The notes under the pieces were generated by a model that was given only the letters and a program-made list of their open reading frames with translations, did not search any database and had not been told where the DNA came from. Positions 9,174 through 15,539 of a stretch of DNA of 21,010 bases are shown here, piece after piece. Each line of letters opens with the position of its first letter. Positions within the stretch are counted from its first letter, which is position 1. Source of the DNA: a virus. The stretch is from UHGV virus genome UHGV-1822439. One strand, written 5' to 3'. A program made the translations under genes and the position numbers.

Positions 9174-9878
9174 TTAACCTACCTTGCTGGAACCAGGAAA
9201 ACAGGAGATCGGCAGTGCTGCCGGACGCGGAAAACGCAAACGGCAACCGCTAAGGCGGTGGCTGCATTTGTCTAACGTTGGGTCACTTGTTGGTGTATCT
9301 TTATCAGTTGCGACCGGGCCGCCAGAATACATGCACCCGTCGCCTCTGTATTGCCACTGACAAACGTCAGCAAGGATGGTGCGCCCTGGGATAACGGCTT
9401 TATCTGCATCAATTGGCGTTGACAATTCATATTGCACCTGATCCGCTGTTTCTTCGCTCATTGCTTCAACGACGTAAAAAGATACAGCCTCAATAGATGG
9501 ATCTGCGTCTGGATTGCCGTTAGGGAAGTTAACGGCGTCCAGGTATTTAACCTCCACCTGGCGGCGCGTAACCTTCATTCCTCGCAGGTCGTTGAAATCG
9601 TTATTCATCCCTGTGATTAGCCCGCCGATATTGGCTACAACCATTTGAGGCCGCGAATAAACGCCCTCGTTTTTCATTTCGAAGCCCGTCGTCTCGATCG
9701 GGTAGCTGTTGTAAGCTACTCCCTTCCAGATAACCTGGCCGTAATAGCCGTTCGCGCCGGAATGGAAGCGGATAACCTCGCCTCCCAGGGGAGTAAGGTC
9801 CAGTTCAAATAAGTCAATGACCGCGCCAACTCCGGCATCGACGGAATCAATAATCATCTCTCTCGGAATATTGCGCAT
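9174..9878 (-). CDS. L: Minor tail protein L (234 aa)
   Basis: Similarity to lambda L (RRQVEVKYLDAVNF vs RRKVYARFLDAVNF; C-terminal Cys cluster C..GCMY..KCSHRLSGC). SD AAGGTGAG 5 nt before ATG at 9878. Confidence 0.85.
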   Translation of the reverse strand: MRNIPREMIIDSVDAGVGAVIDLFELDLTPLGGEVIRFHSGANGYYGQVIWKGVAYNSYPIETTGFEMKNEGVYSRPQMVVANIGGLITGMNNDFNDLRGMKVTRRQVEVKYLDAVNFPNGNPDADPSIEAVSFYVVEAMSEETADQVQYELSTPIDADKAVIPGRTILADVCQWQYRGDGCMYSGGPVATDKDTPTSDPTLDKCSHRLSGCRLRFPRPAALPISCFPGSSKVG

Positions 9879-9891
9879 TTTCTCACCTTGT

Positions 9892-9930
9892 CATTTTGTG
9901 ATATGCGTCACGCTAAATCACACCAAAATG
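9892..9930. promoter_or_regulatory. Junction inverted-repeat element, site C
   Basis: CATTTTGTGAT (9892-9902) and ATCACAccAAAATG (9917-9930) form an imperfect inverted repeat, 14 nt upstream of the L start on the minus strand and just before the plus-strand cassette. Confidence 0.5.
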
Positions 9931-9932
9931 GA

Positions 9933-9961
9933 TTGTTCATGGTTTTTACAATATGTATATT
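9933..9961 (+). promoter_or_regulatory. Candidate sigma70 promoter for the L/M-junction cassette
   Basis: TTGTTC (9933-9938), 17-nt spacer, TATATT (9956-9961). Weak -35; by eye only. Confidence 0.3.
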
Positions 9962-10007
9962 TTACTCAAACGAAGGGGAAGTTAACAAAATGGCGCGGAG
10001 GTGCGTT

Positions 10008-10196
10008 ATGACTGAAAAGCCATGGAAGTTGACGGTATTCATGACAGACGGTAGGGAAAAGGTTATCGCCCTGTATGACGACGAGGGGGAAGCATTGGTT
10101 GACGCGCTTTTACTTGCTGAGGATGACCGCCTTTTGGGATACCAGATCGAACCTGTCAAATATGAGGCTAACAAAAATGAAAAAATACAGTCTTGA
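10008..10196 (+). CDS. Small acidic protein (62 aa), first gene of the L/M-junction cassette
   Basis: SD GGAGG (9997-10001) 6 nt before ATG 10008. MTEKPWKLTVFMTDGREKVIALYDDEGEALVDALLLAEDD...PVKYEAN; paralogous to the N-terminus of the next gene. An alternative start at ATG 9990 is possible. Confidence 0.55.
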   Translation: MTEKPWKLTVFMTDGREKVIALYDDEGEALVDALLLAEDDRLLGYQIEPVKYEANKNEKIQS

Positions 10197-10524
10197 TGTG
10201 TGGTTAAGTGGTAGCAAGGAGTGTTTCGGATTATTTGATAGCGAAGAAGTAGCCCTGGAAGAAGGCAGGATTCTTGAATGTAGTTTAGGCCATCCAGTGA
10301 AATATGCTGCTAATCCGGTACAGATAGTTGATGAGGTGGAAGATATGAACCCGAAAGATATTAATGTTAACTTCAATGTTAATTTTGCAGACTCTATGGA
10401 TCAGTCTTGCCCTGGTGAAATACACGCAAAAGGTTTCCCGGCTGACGATCCAGAAGCAAAACGCGAATACGAAAAAGCTGCGAAAGACTTCTGCATGGAT
10501 AATCTTGCAGCATTCGATAAATAA
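10177..10524 (+). CDS. Acidic protein (115 aa), tandem paralog of the preceding gene with a C-terminal extension
   Basis: ATG 10177 overlaps the preceding gene by 20 nt. N-terminus SLDVWLSGSKECFGLFDSEEVAL...GHPVKYAAN aligns with ...LTVFMTDGREKVIALYDDEGEAL...GYQIEPVKYEAN; strongly acidic. A GTG at 10198 is an alternative start. Confidence 0.55.
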   Translation: MKKYSLDVWLSGSKECFGLFDSEEVALEEGRILECSLGHPVKYAANPVQIVDEVEDMNPKDINVNFNVNFADSMDQSCPGEIHAKGFPADDPEAKREYEKAAKDFCMDNLAAFDK

Positions 10525-10533
10525 GGGGGATAC

Positions 10534-10782
10534 ATGGGGCGGCGCAATCACGGCGATTATGTGTACACGCTGAAACAGGCCGCCCGCCTCGTTGGTTATC
10601 ATGAACACGAATTTATTGATTTGCTGATTGAGCGCGGGATACTGTACCAGGTCTGTTTAACGCTGTACCCGAAAGCTAAATACCTACAGGAAAAGTTATT
10701 TATCATCATGACGGATGAAAACCAGGTTAACCATTCATTCGTCACTGATAAGGGCGTTAATTATCTGCGTGATAACTTATAG
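10534..10782 (+). CDS. Small protein (82 aa), possible helix-turn-helix DNA-binding protein
   Basis: SD AAGGGGGA (10524-10530) before ATG 10534, 9 nt after the preceding stop. Segment TLKQAARLVGYHEHEFIDLLIERGIL has a helix-turn-helix-like pattern (by inspection only). Confidence 0.5.
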   Translation: MGRRNHGDYVYTLKQAARLVGYHEHEFIDLLIERGILYQVCLTLYPKAKYLQEKLFIIMTDENQVNHSFVTDKGVNYLRDNL

Positions 10783-10792
10783 GTGACAGATT

Positions 10793-10909
10793 ATGAAAAT
10801 AGAAGTTTTGGCGCTAATAATAATGGGATTGATAGTATTTGGCGTTCATGCTGTAGATCTGGACTGGAAAACGATAGCGGAAAATATAGCATTAATGGAA
10901 ATGGAATAA
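10793..10909 (+). CDS. 38-aa hydrophobic peptide (single TM or signal-peptide-like N-terminus)
   Basis: SD AGGTGA (10781-10786) before ATG 10793. MKIEVLALIIMGLIVFGVHAVDLDWKTIAENIALMEME, stop TAA followed by two more in-frame stops and a terminator. Below the ORF-track length cutoff. Confidence 0.45.
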   Translation: MKIEVLALIIMGLIVFGVHAVDLDWKTIAENIALMEME

Positions 10910-10914
10910 TAATA

Positions 10915-10940
10915 ACCCCGCTTCGCGCGGGGTCGTGTTT
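10915..10940. terminator. Intrinsic terminator closing the L/M-junction cassette (possibly bidirectional)
   Basis: Stem ACCCCGC (10915-10921) / GCGGGGT (10927-10933), loop TTCGC, then CGTGTTTAT; on the minus strand the hairpin is followed by TATTATTATT. Confidence 0.6.
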
Positions 10941-10987
10941 ATACGCCATCAACCAAAAATAAAACCCCCTTCCCTTCCCGGGATCTA

Positions 10988-11125
10988 CACCCCCACGTAC
11001 CCATCGCCAACGTCGTGAAGATACCATATATCGCCGTTGTCAGCTTTTACAGTAAGGTCGTTGATCTCATAGTCGTCAAACAATGTAAAAGCGTAAGTTT
11101 TGTCAACCACACAAGTCCCGTACAT
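10988..11125 (-). CDS. Possible small ORF (46 aa) just downstream of M
   Basis: ATG at 11125, 12 nt after the M stop, preceded by GGGGGG with about 6-nt spacing; MYGTCVVDKTYAFTLFDDYEINDLTVKADNGDIWYLHDVGDGYVGV. No family recognised. Confidence 0.3.
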
Positions 11126-11137
11126 AACAACCCCCCA

Positions 11138-11491
11138 TTAGCCAACAACTTGTTCAAACGTTGCGTTTAGCGTGTACACAGGCCCGTCTTTGGTCATGCT
11201 CCAGCTACGGCAAACGAAAAGCCTTTGCACCCCGTCGATCGATGGAGTCCAGTAAAACGCCTCGACAGCGCCGCGCGCCCTCAAAAATGCTTCGGCCTGG
11301 ATCGCCACGTTTCCACCATCACCACATCCCGCGCTACTGCCTTTGAAAACCAGGGTATAACTATCAAGCAACGTGTTAATCCCTTTCGCCTGGCGCTGTT
11401 CATAACCATCACCAAGTTTAACGACAGACACATTTGGTTCCCTGGTCACGCTGTAGCTTCTTTGCGGCGTCCATCTGAAAACTTCTGGCAT
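11138..11491 (-). CDS. M: Minor tail protein M (117 aa)
   Basis: Similarity to lambda M as recalled (FRW near N-terminus, GDGYEQR vs GDGYSQR, C-terminal FEQVVG vs FEQVVN). SD AGGGGGA before ATG 11491. Confidence 0.85.
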   Translation of the reverse strand: MPEVFRWTPQRSYSVTREPNVSVVKLGDGYEQRQAKGINTLLDSYTLVFKGSSAGCGDGGNVAIQAEAFLRARGAVEAFYWTPSIDGVQRLFVCRSWSMTKDGPVYTLNATFEQVVG

Positions 11492-11557
11492 GATTCCCCC
11501 TATAAGTTACATATTGCATACATCTTTACGCGCTTCTACGCGAAAAATGAGAAATTC

Positions 11558-11589
11558 ATCACAAGAATTATAACCAGTTTACAAAATGG
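11558..11589. promoter_or_regulatory. Junction repeat element, site D
   Basis: ATCACAAgAA (11558-11567) and TTTACAAAATGG (11578-11589): same half-site family as sites A-C, immediately upstream of the candidate promoter. Confidence 0.4.
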
Positions 11590-11590
11590 C

Positions 11591-11619
11591 TTCACATAAG
11601 GCGTGACAAGATGTATATA
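11591..11619 (+). promoter_or_regulatory. Candidate sigma70 promoter for the M/tape-measure-junction cassette
   Basis: TTCACA (11591-11596), 17-nt spacer, TATATA (11614-11619); about 40 nt upstream of the first SD. Confidence 0.45.
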
Positions 11620-11660
11620 GTAAGCAAGAAGAAAAAGCAGTACCGACAAAGGAGGCCAAT

Positions 11661-11816
11661 ATGAAGCGTTATGTAGTGGTAATGCTGAACAACGCATTCG
11701 AACAGGTGGAAGTGGCGATAGTCAAAGGCTTTGATGACGCATTCAAATACGGTCAATTCATGATGAATGCGAAGGAAAACGAGTACCGTGATTTCTTCCT
11801 GAAAGTGGTCAACTAA
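11661..11816 (+). CDS. Small protein (51 aa), first gene of the M/tape-measure-junction cassette
   Basis: Strong SD AAAGGAGG (11648-11655), 5 nt before ATG 11661; MKRYVVVMLNNAFEQVEVAIVKGFDDAFKYGQFMMNAKENEYRDFFLKVVN. Below the ORF-track cutoff. Could be the partner (antitoxin-like) of the next gene. Confidence 0.5.
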   Translation: MKRYVVVMLNNAFEQVEVAIVKGFDDAFKYGQFMMNAKENEYRDFFLKVVN

Positions 11817-11834
11817 TGGATTGTGGGGTGTGTT

Positions 11835-12089
11835 ATGAAATTGGTGGCGATTGGTAAAAACCTGAAAGCACAGAAAAACGCACAGGACCGGATCATCAAG
11901 AAAGGAAAGCAATTGCTTGATGCTTTTCTTAAAAAAGAGGCCAACCCCAAAAAATTACGCGATGGCTACGGTTATAAATTTGACATCAACCCCGATTGGC
12001 GGTTATTCAGCGAAGATTTAAAGATGTGGTTAATTATTGACCACCTGGAATATAACAGGCACTGTGGGGTGAAAGGCGCTCACAAGTGA
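11835..12089 (+). CDS. Small basic protein (84 aa), candidate RelE/ParE-superfamily-like toxin
   Basis: ATG 11835, 18 nt after the upstream stop. MKLVAIGKNLKAQKNAQDRIIKKGKQLLDAFLKKEANPKKLRDGYGYKFDINPDWRLFSEDLKMWLIIDHLEYNRH. Pattern (basic N-terminal helix, NP..KL..G, D.R, C-terminal H/Y) loosely resembles RelE/YafQ/YoeB toxins; weak, from memory. Confidence 0.3.
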   Translation: MKLVAIGKNLKAQKNAQDRIIKKGKQLLDAFLKKEANPKKLRDGYGYKFDINPDWRLFSEDLKMWLIIDHLEYNRHCGVKGAHK

Positions 12090-12120
12090 CACGGATTTGA
12101 ATGTTGCGGAGGAAAACAAA

Positions 12121-12291
12121 ATGAAAAATCCGGCAAATAAAAGCAACGTAAAACGCATGGCATGGGTGCTAAAATATATGGATAGTAAAGGGGATACATA
12201 TACATGCCCATTTTTTAGGTGTACTGACGCGGTATTTGCCAGAAGTGTACACGGAGGGAAAATTGAGAGAGGATATACAAGATTTGAGTAA
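12121..12291 (+). CDS. Small basic protein (56 aa), hypothetical
   Basis: SD GGAGG (12108-12112) 8 nt before ATG 12121; MKNPANKSNVKRMAWVLKYMDSKGDTYTCPFFRCTDAVFARSVHGGKIERGYTRFE. Confidence 0.45.
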   Translation: MKNPANKSNVKRMAWVLKYMDSKGDTYTCPFFRCTDAVFARSVHGGKIERGYTRFE

Positions 12292-12329
12292 ATTTATTCA
12301 CGAAATCAATAACATGATGAAGGTTTATA

Positions 12330-12509
12330 ATGATTATTCATGATACTGAAGAATGCAGAAGGATTGATCTTAGTATTGAAGATGACGGAAGATTATGGAT
12401 CGTTAGCGACTGCGAGATGATTGTAATAGACAAAAAGCAAGCTGACGAACTGATAAGAGCATTGCAGCTTTATGCAAACGGCGAATTTAAAAATGATGAA
12501 ATTGAATAA
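12330..12509 (+). CDS. Small acidic protein (59 aa), hypothetical
   Basis: SD GAAGG 8 nt before ATG 12330; MIIHDTEECRRIDLSIEDDGRLWIVSDCEMIVIDKKQADELIRALQLYANGEFKNDEIE; stop 12507-12509, immediately followed by a terminator. Confidence 0.45.
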   Translation: MIIHDTEECRRIDLSIEDDGRLWIVSDCEMIVIDKKQADELIRALQLYANGEFKNDEIE

Positions 12510-12513
12510 AATA

Positions 12514-12540
12514 GCCCCGGCATTGTGCCGGGGTTTTGTT
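12514..12540. terminator. Intrinsic terminator, bidirectional (closes the cassette; also follows the tape measure gene on the minus strand)
   Basis: Stem CCCCGGCA (12515-12522) / TGCCGGGG (12526-12533), loop TTG, then TTTTGTTTATTT on plus; on minus the hairpin is followed by CTATTTTATTC. Confidence 0.75.
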
Positions 12541-14753
12541 TATTTCCTGCGAGGTTGCAGCATTCCGCCTGGTCTGGATGATTCGCGGTGCATCAGGCCC
12601 ATGCAGATCCTTTCCATGTCCTGTTGCAGCTTTTTGGCATCCTCATCGCTCCATCCATTTTGTGGGTAAACACTAATCGGCGCGTTTATGCTAACGCTAC
12701 CACCACCAGCACCACCAATGTCGCGATTTGGTATTACCCTGCCGTTGTCACCCGGGATCATGTACTGACTCCCATTGCTCGCCTGAAAGATCTCCGGTTT
12801 ACCGTGTTCGCCGACCTTATAGAGGCTGCCCGCAGCCACCGCACCGCCGTTATAACGAGCGCCAGCCAGGCCAAGCGCTTTTGCTCCAGCCACACCAGTG
12901 GCAAGACTCGTACCCCCCACGGTCGCCGCGCCGCCCATCGTGGCTACGTTTGCCAGGTATGCAGGAGTAGCCCACGCAGATCCCAAAGCGGTAGCCTCTG
13001 CCAATGCTTTAGCTGTTGCGGCTGCGCTGGCGGCCTCGCCTATCAATTGCTGCTTGACCCATTCAGCCCCCATTTGAACAAGCGTACCGATAACGGAGGA
13101 AAGGATTGTATTGCCAATGTTAGCCAGCGCCTGCTGCCAGCTTTGAGTGCCGTTAACCAGGCCCACAAGCGCATTTGTTGCAGATCCGCCCATTGCATCA
13201 ACGGTATCGCCCAACAGTTTGTAGCTCATTGACTGTGCTTTATATCGCTCCCACTCAAGGGTGAGCATTTCCTGTGCGTGCGCTCTTTCTTGTTCCCTCA
13301 TATATTGCTCAGTAGCGCCAAGATCTTCCAGCATTTGCTTACGAACGGTCCATTCATTTTGCGCCTGCTGTATTGGGTCTAGTTCACCGCGCTTCTGATC
13401 CAGTGATGGAATCATTTTGTCCCATTTTTCTTGCAGCCTATTGATCGGGTCGTTAATTTCCGCCAGAGTTTCGCGCAATTCATCACCAATTCCCTTCATT
13501 GCGCCTTTGTATTCAAGCATGGTTATTTTCCCGGCTTTAAAGGCTGCATCTATGGCTTTTTGTGATTCAAGCGCTTTGCGCATTGCTGCCGAATCTTCGT
13601 TATATGCATCTGAAATGCGCACACCCTGTTCCGCAAGGCGCTCGGCTTCTGATTTGCCGGTTTTTTTACCTTTGCCTTTCTTACCCTTACCACCAGGTTG
13701 AGGCTTAAACGTTATGCGACTTACACCAGCTTGCCCCGTGGGGAGAGTGGAAACAAATGGCTGTTCTCCGCCATCAAACCATCCAACCTGTTTCGCTTGA
13801 GCGCGGAACAAACTAAGCCCAGGCACTATACCCTCAAACGCCCCAGCCAATAGCCACAATTTATCAGTTAATGACGTGCTATCGCTCGCCAGGGACTTAA
13901 ACCAACCAGATAACATCTGGACTTCACTAGAAACAGCCTGTATACCAGTAACTACCAAATCAGACACTCCAAGCGTTTGGTTTAGCGTGTCAATTAACAG
14001 ATCGAAGTTGTTTTTTAGCTCGTTAAATGCCTGATCTGTTGTTGTTGGCAGTTTTGCGAAGTCCTTCTCTATGTCTTCTGCGCCAGCAAGAATTGAATTG
14101 GTAACATCCTCGGCGGTGAGCTTACCATCAAGCATTCTTGCGCGAAGTTCACCCATCGAGATCCCCATTTGTTTGGCGACGCGTCGCCATACTTCGGGCA
14201 TGTTTTCAAGCACAGAGTTGTATTCTTCCGCGCGAACAATGCCACCCGTCAGGGACTGCCCTAACTGGCGAAGTGCGTTTGACATTTCATCTGATGAGCT
14301 ACCTCCGATACGGCCTATTTTCTGAAGCGAGTCGGTAAGCTGCAATACCTGCTGACTGGTCGCGCTGGTATCCTGTAGGCTGGCTTTTAGGCTTTCCCAC
14401 AGCTTCCCGGTGCTTTGAACACTCATCCCTGTGCGATTCGATATCTGAACAATCCCGTCAAAATTCGATTTTGCGTCAGCAATGCCGCTTGATAGTCGTG
14501 TTACCCTGGCGCGTAGCAGATTTACGTTATCTGCGATCTCCAGGAATTTTTTTGCAGCCATGACCATCATTCCAATGTTCACGGCTTTGGATAAATTACT
14601 TATCGTGGTATTAAGTGACTGCACTGATTTATCGGTGCGTTTAGCGCCTTGCTCGATTTTATCAAACGAGTCCTCCGCCTTGCGTTGAGCTACTAGTAAC
14701 CGCTCGGTTTTTGCGTCAACGGTATACTCAATCGTGCCCACATTTGTTGTCAT
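12540..14753 (-). CDS. Tail length tape measure protein (737 aa)
   Basis: Large ORF between the chaperone and M; alpha-helical, Ala/Gln/Leu-rich with Gly-rich and Lys-rich segments (KGKKGKGKK); SD GGAG before ATG 14753. Confidence 0.85.
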   Translation of the reverse strand: MTTNVGTIEYTVDAKTERLLVAQRKAEDSFDKIEQGAKRTDKSVQSLNTTISNLSKAVNIGMMVMAAKKFLEIADNVNLLRARVTRLSSGIADAKSNFDGIVQISNRTGMSVQSTGKLWESLKASLQDTSATSQQVLQLTDSLQKIGRIGGSSSDEMSNALRQLGQSLTGGIVRAEEYNSVLENMPEVWRRVAKQMGISMGELRARMLDGKLTAEDVTNSILAGAEDIEKDFAKLPTTTDQAFNELKNNFDLLIDTLNQTLGVSDLVVTGIQAVSSEVQMLSGWFKSLASDSTSLTDKLWLLAGAFEGIVPGLSLFRAQAKQVGWFDGGEQPFVSTLPTGQAGVSRITFKPQPGGKGKKGKGKKTGKSEAERLAEQGVRISDAYNEDSAAMRKALESQKAIDAAFKAGKITMLEYKGAMKGIGDELRETLAEINDPINRLQEKWDKMIPSLDQKRGELDPIQQAQNEWTVRKQMLEDLGATEQYMREQERAHAQEMLTLEWERYKAQSMSYKLLGDTVDAMGGSATNALVGLVNGTQSWQQALANIGNTILSSVIGTLVQMGAEWVKQQLIGEAASAAATAKALAEATALGSAWATPAYLANVATMGGAATVGGTSLATGVAGAKALGLAGARYNGGAVAAGSLYKVGEHGKPEIFQASNGSQYMIPGDNGRVIPNRDIGGAGGGSVSINAPISVYPQNGWSDEDAKKLQQDMERICMGLMHRESSRPGGMLQPRRK

Positions 14754-14766
14754 GATTGTTACTCCA

Positions 14767-14830
14767 CTTTTGTGATCTGTGTATCTATTTTATACAAAAT
14801 GTCTTTACTATAACGACTCCATTTTGTATA
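14767..14830. promoter_or_regulatory. Junction inverted-repeat element, site B
   Basis: CTTTTGTGATCTGTGT (14767-14782), TATACAAAATG (14791-14801), and its exact inverted copy CATTTTGTATA (14820-14830). Starts 14 nt upstream of the tape measure start and overlaps the candidate plus-strand promoter. Confidence 0.55.
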
Positions 14831-14832
14831 AA
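14804..14832 (+). promoter_or_regulatory. Candidate sigma70 promoter for the secreted-protein moron
   Basis: TTTACT (14804-14809), 17-nt spacer, TATAAA (14827-14832); followed by a purine-rich leader (14833-14909). Confidence 0.4.
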
Positions 14833-14909
14833 GAGACTAAAGGAAAGGGATAGAGCAAAGGGGTTTGAAAGGACCGGATAAACCGGAGGAAGCAAAAGAG
14901 GATAAGAAA

Positions 14910-14999
14910 ATGAAAAACGTAAACTATCGTCCCAACGAACATGAACGCTATGCGGACTTCATAGAAGAAATGTTAAAAGCACTTAAAAACAAAAATTAA
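14910..14999 (+). CDS. Tiny ORF (29 aa), possible leader peptide or small protein
   Basis: SD AAGAGGA about 7 nt before ATG 14910; MKNVNYRPNEHERYADFIEEMLKALKNKN; stop 12 nt before the next start. Confidence 0.3.
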   Translation: MKNVNYRPNEHERYADFIEEMLKALKNKN

Positions 15000-15011
15000 T
15001 CGAGGCGGGTT

Positions 15012-15509
15012 ATGAAACGGCTAGTAAAAGTCGCGGTAGCTGCGGTCATGGCAATATTCGCGGTCAATGCAAATGCAAGTAATGAAGTCAGCAAGATGTG
15101 CGACGCTATTTATCCAGCCTACGAAAAAGCATATACAATGGCAAATGTAAACTTTTTTTCAATTGGTAGGCACGGCGTTAACTGGGAGTATTTCATCTTA
15201 AATAAAGATAGCAGGACCAAAAAAGGTGACGCTGAAATGATAAAAGCGCACGGTGAAAGTTTCGCTTTCGTGATGGCTGCTGCTGAAAACAAACAAAATG
15301 ATAATGAATTTAAAAACTTTGTCGCTGGACTTGCCATCATGGCTGCTGAACGGGCGATAAAAGATCACGACAATAACGCTTATGCCGCTGCCGACGGGAT
15401 GGCATTAGATAGGGTAAGAATTGACTTCAAAAACATGTGCGTCAAAGAAGGCGCTAACATGTATAAAAAAGTAATAGATAAACACCACGAATATTATATA
15501 GGTTATTAA
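15012..15509 (+). CDS. Secreted/periplasmic protein of unknown function (165 aa), moron
   Basis: SD GAGG 6 nt before ATG 15012; signal peptide MKRLVKVAVAAVMAIFAVNANA with Ala-x-Ala cleavage site; two Cys in the mature part; Ala/Lys/Asn-rich, likely helical. Confidence 0.6.
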   Translation: MKRLVKVAVAAVMAIFAVNANASNEVSKMCDAIYPAYEKAYTMANVNFFSIGRHGVNWEYFILNKDSRTKKGDAEMIKAHGESFAFVMAAAENKQNDNEFKNFVAGLAIMAAERAIKDHDNNAYAAADGMALDRVRIDFKNMCVKEGANMYKKVIDKHHEYYIGY

Positions 15510-15514
15510 AAAAA

Positions 15515-15539
15515 GCCCGGATCTACCGGGCTTTTTCTT
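15515..15539. terminator. Intrinsic terminator, bidirectional
   Basis: Stem GCCCGG (15515-15520) / CCGGGC (15526-15531), loop ATCTA, flanked by AAAAAA and TTTTTCTT. The chaperone stop codon (15523-15525) lies in the loop. Confidence 0.8.

Noticed and set aside
9172-9246. N-terminal extension of K overlapping L
   Set aside because: ATG at 9171 sits 3 nt after the L stop and aligns with where lambda K begins; the extension would overlap 70+ nt of L.
9896-9923. Possible CRP site (TGTGA ... TCACA)
   Set aside because: The two half-sites are separated by 16 nt rather than the 6 nt of a CRP site; better explained as part of the junction inverted repeat.
9888-10007. Long N-terminal extension of the first cassette gene (start at 9888)
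   Set aside because: Would start inside the junction repeat and the candidate promoter; ATG 10008 has GGAGG at 6-nt spacing.
10791-11027. 78-aa minus-strand ORF
   Set aside because: Trp/Arg/Pro-rich translation; overlaps the terminator hairpin and the plus-strand 38-aa gene, which has a proper SD; no SD of its own.
11592-11912. 106-aa minus-strand ORF
   Set aside because: Antisense to two plus-strand genes with strong SDs; overlaps the candidate promoter; His/Cys/Phe-rich composition typical of a spurious frame in AT-rich DNA.
12588-13232. 214-aa plus-strand ORF, plus other plus-strand ORFs at 12728..12970, 13417..13701, 14071..14325
   Set aside because: Antisense to the tape measure gene, which has a coherent start, SD and context. 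Products are Arg/Cys/His/Pro-rich, as expected for antisense reading of an Ala/Gly-rich gene.
15012-15509. Assignment of the secreted 165-aa protein to the MliC/PliC lysozyme-inhibitor family
   Set aside because: Only a faint resemblance (S.G...TKKGDAE versus the MliC SGA...KGDEA motif); too weak to assert without a profile search, so kept as unknown function.
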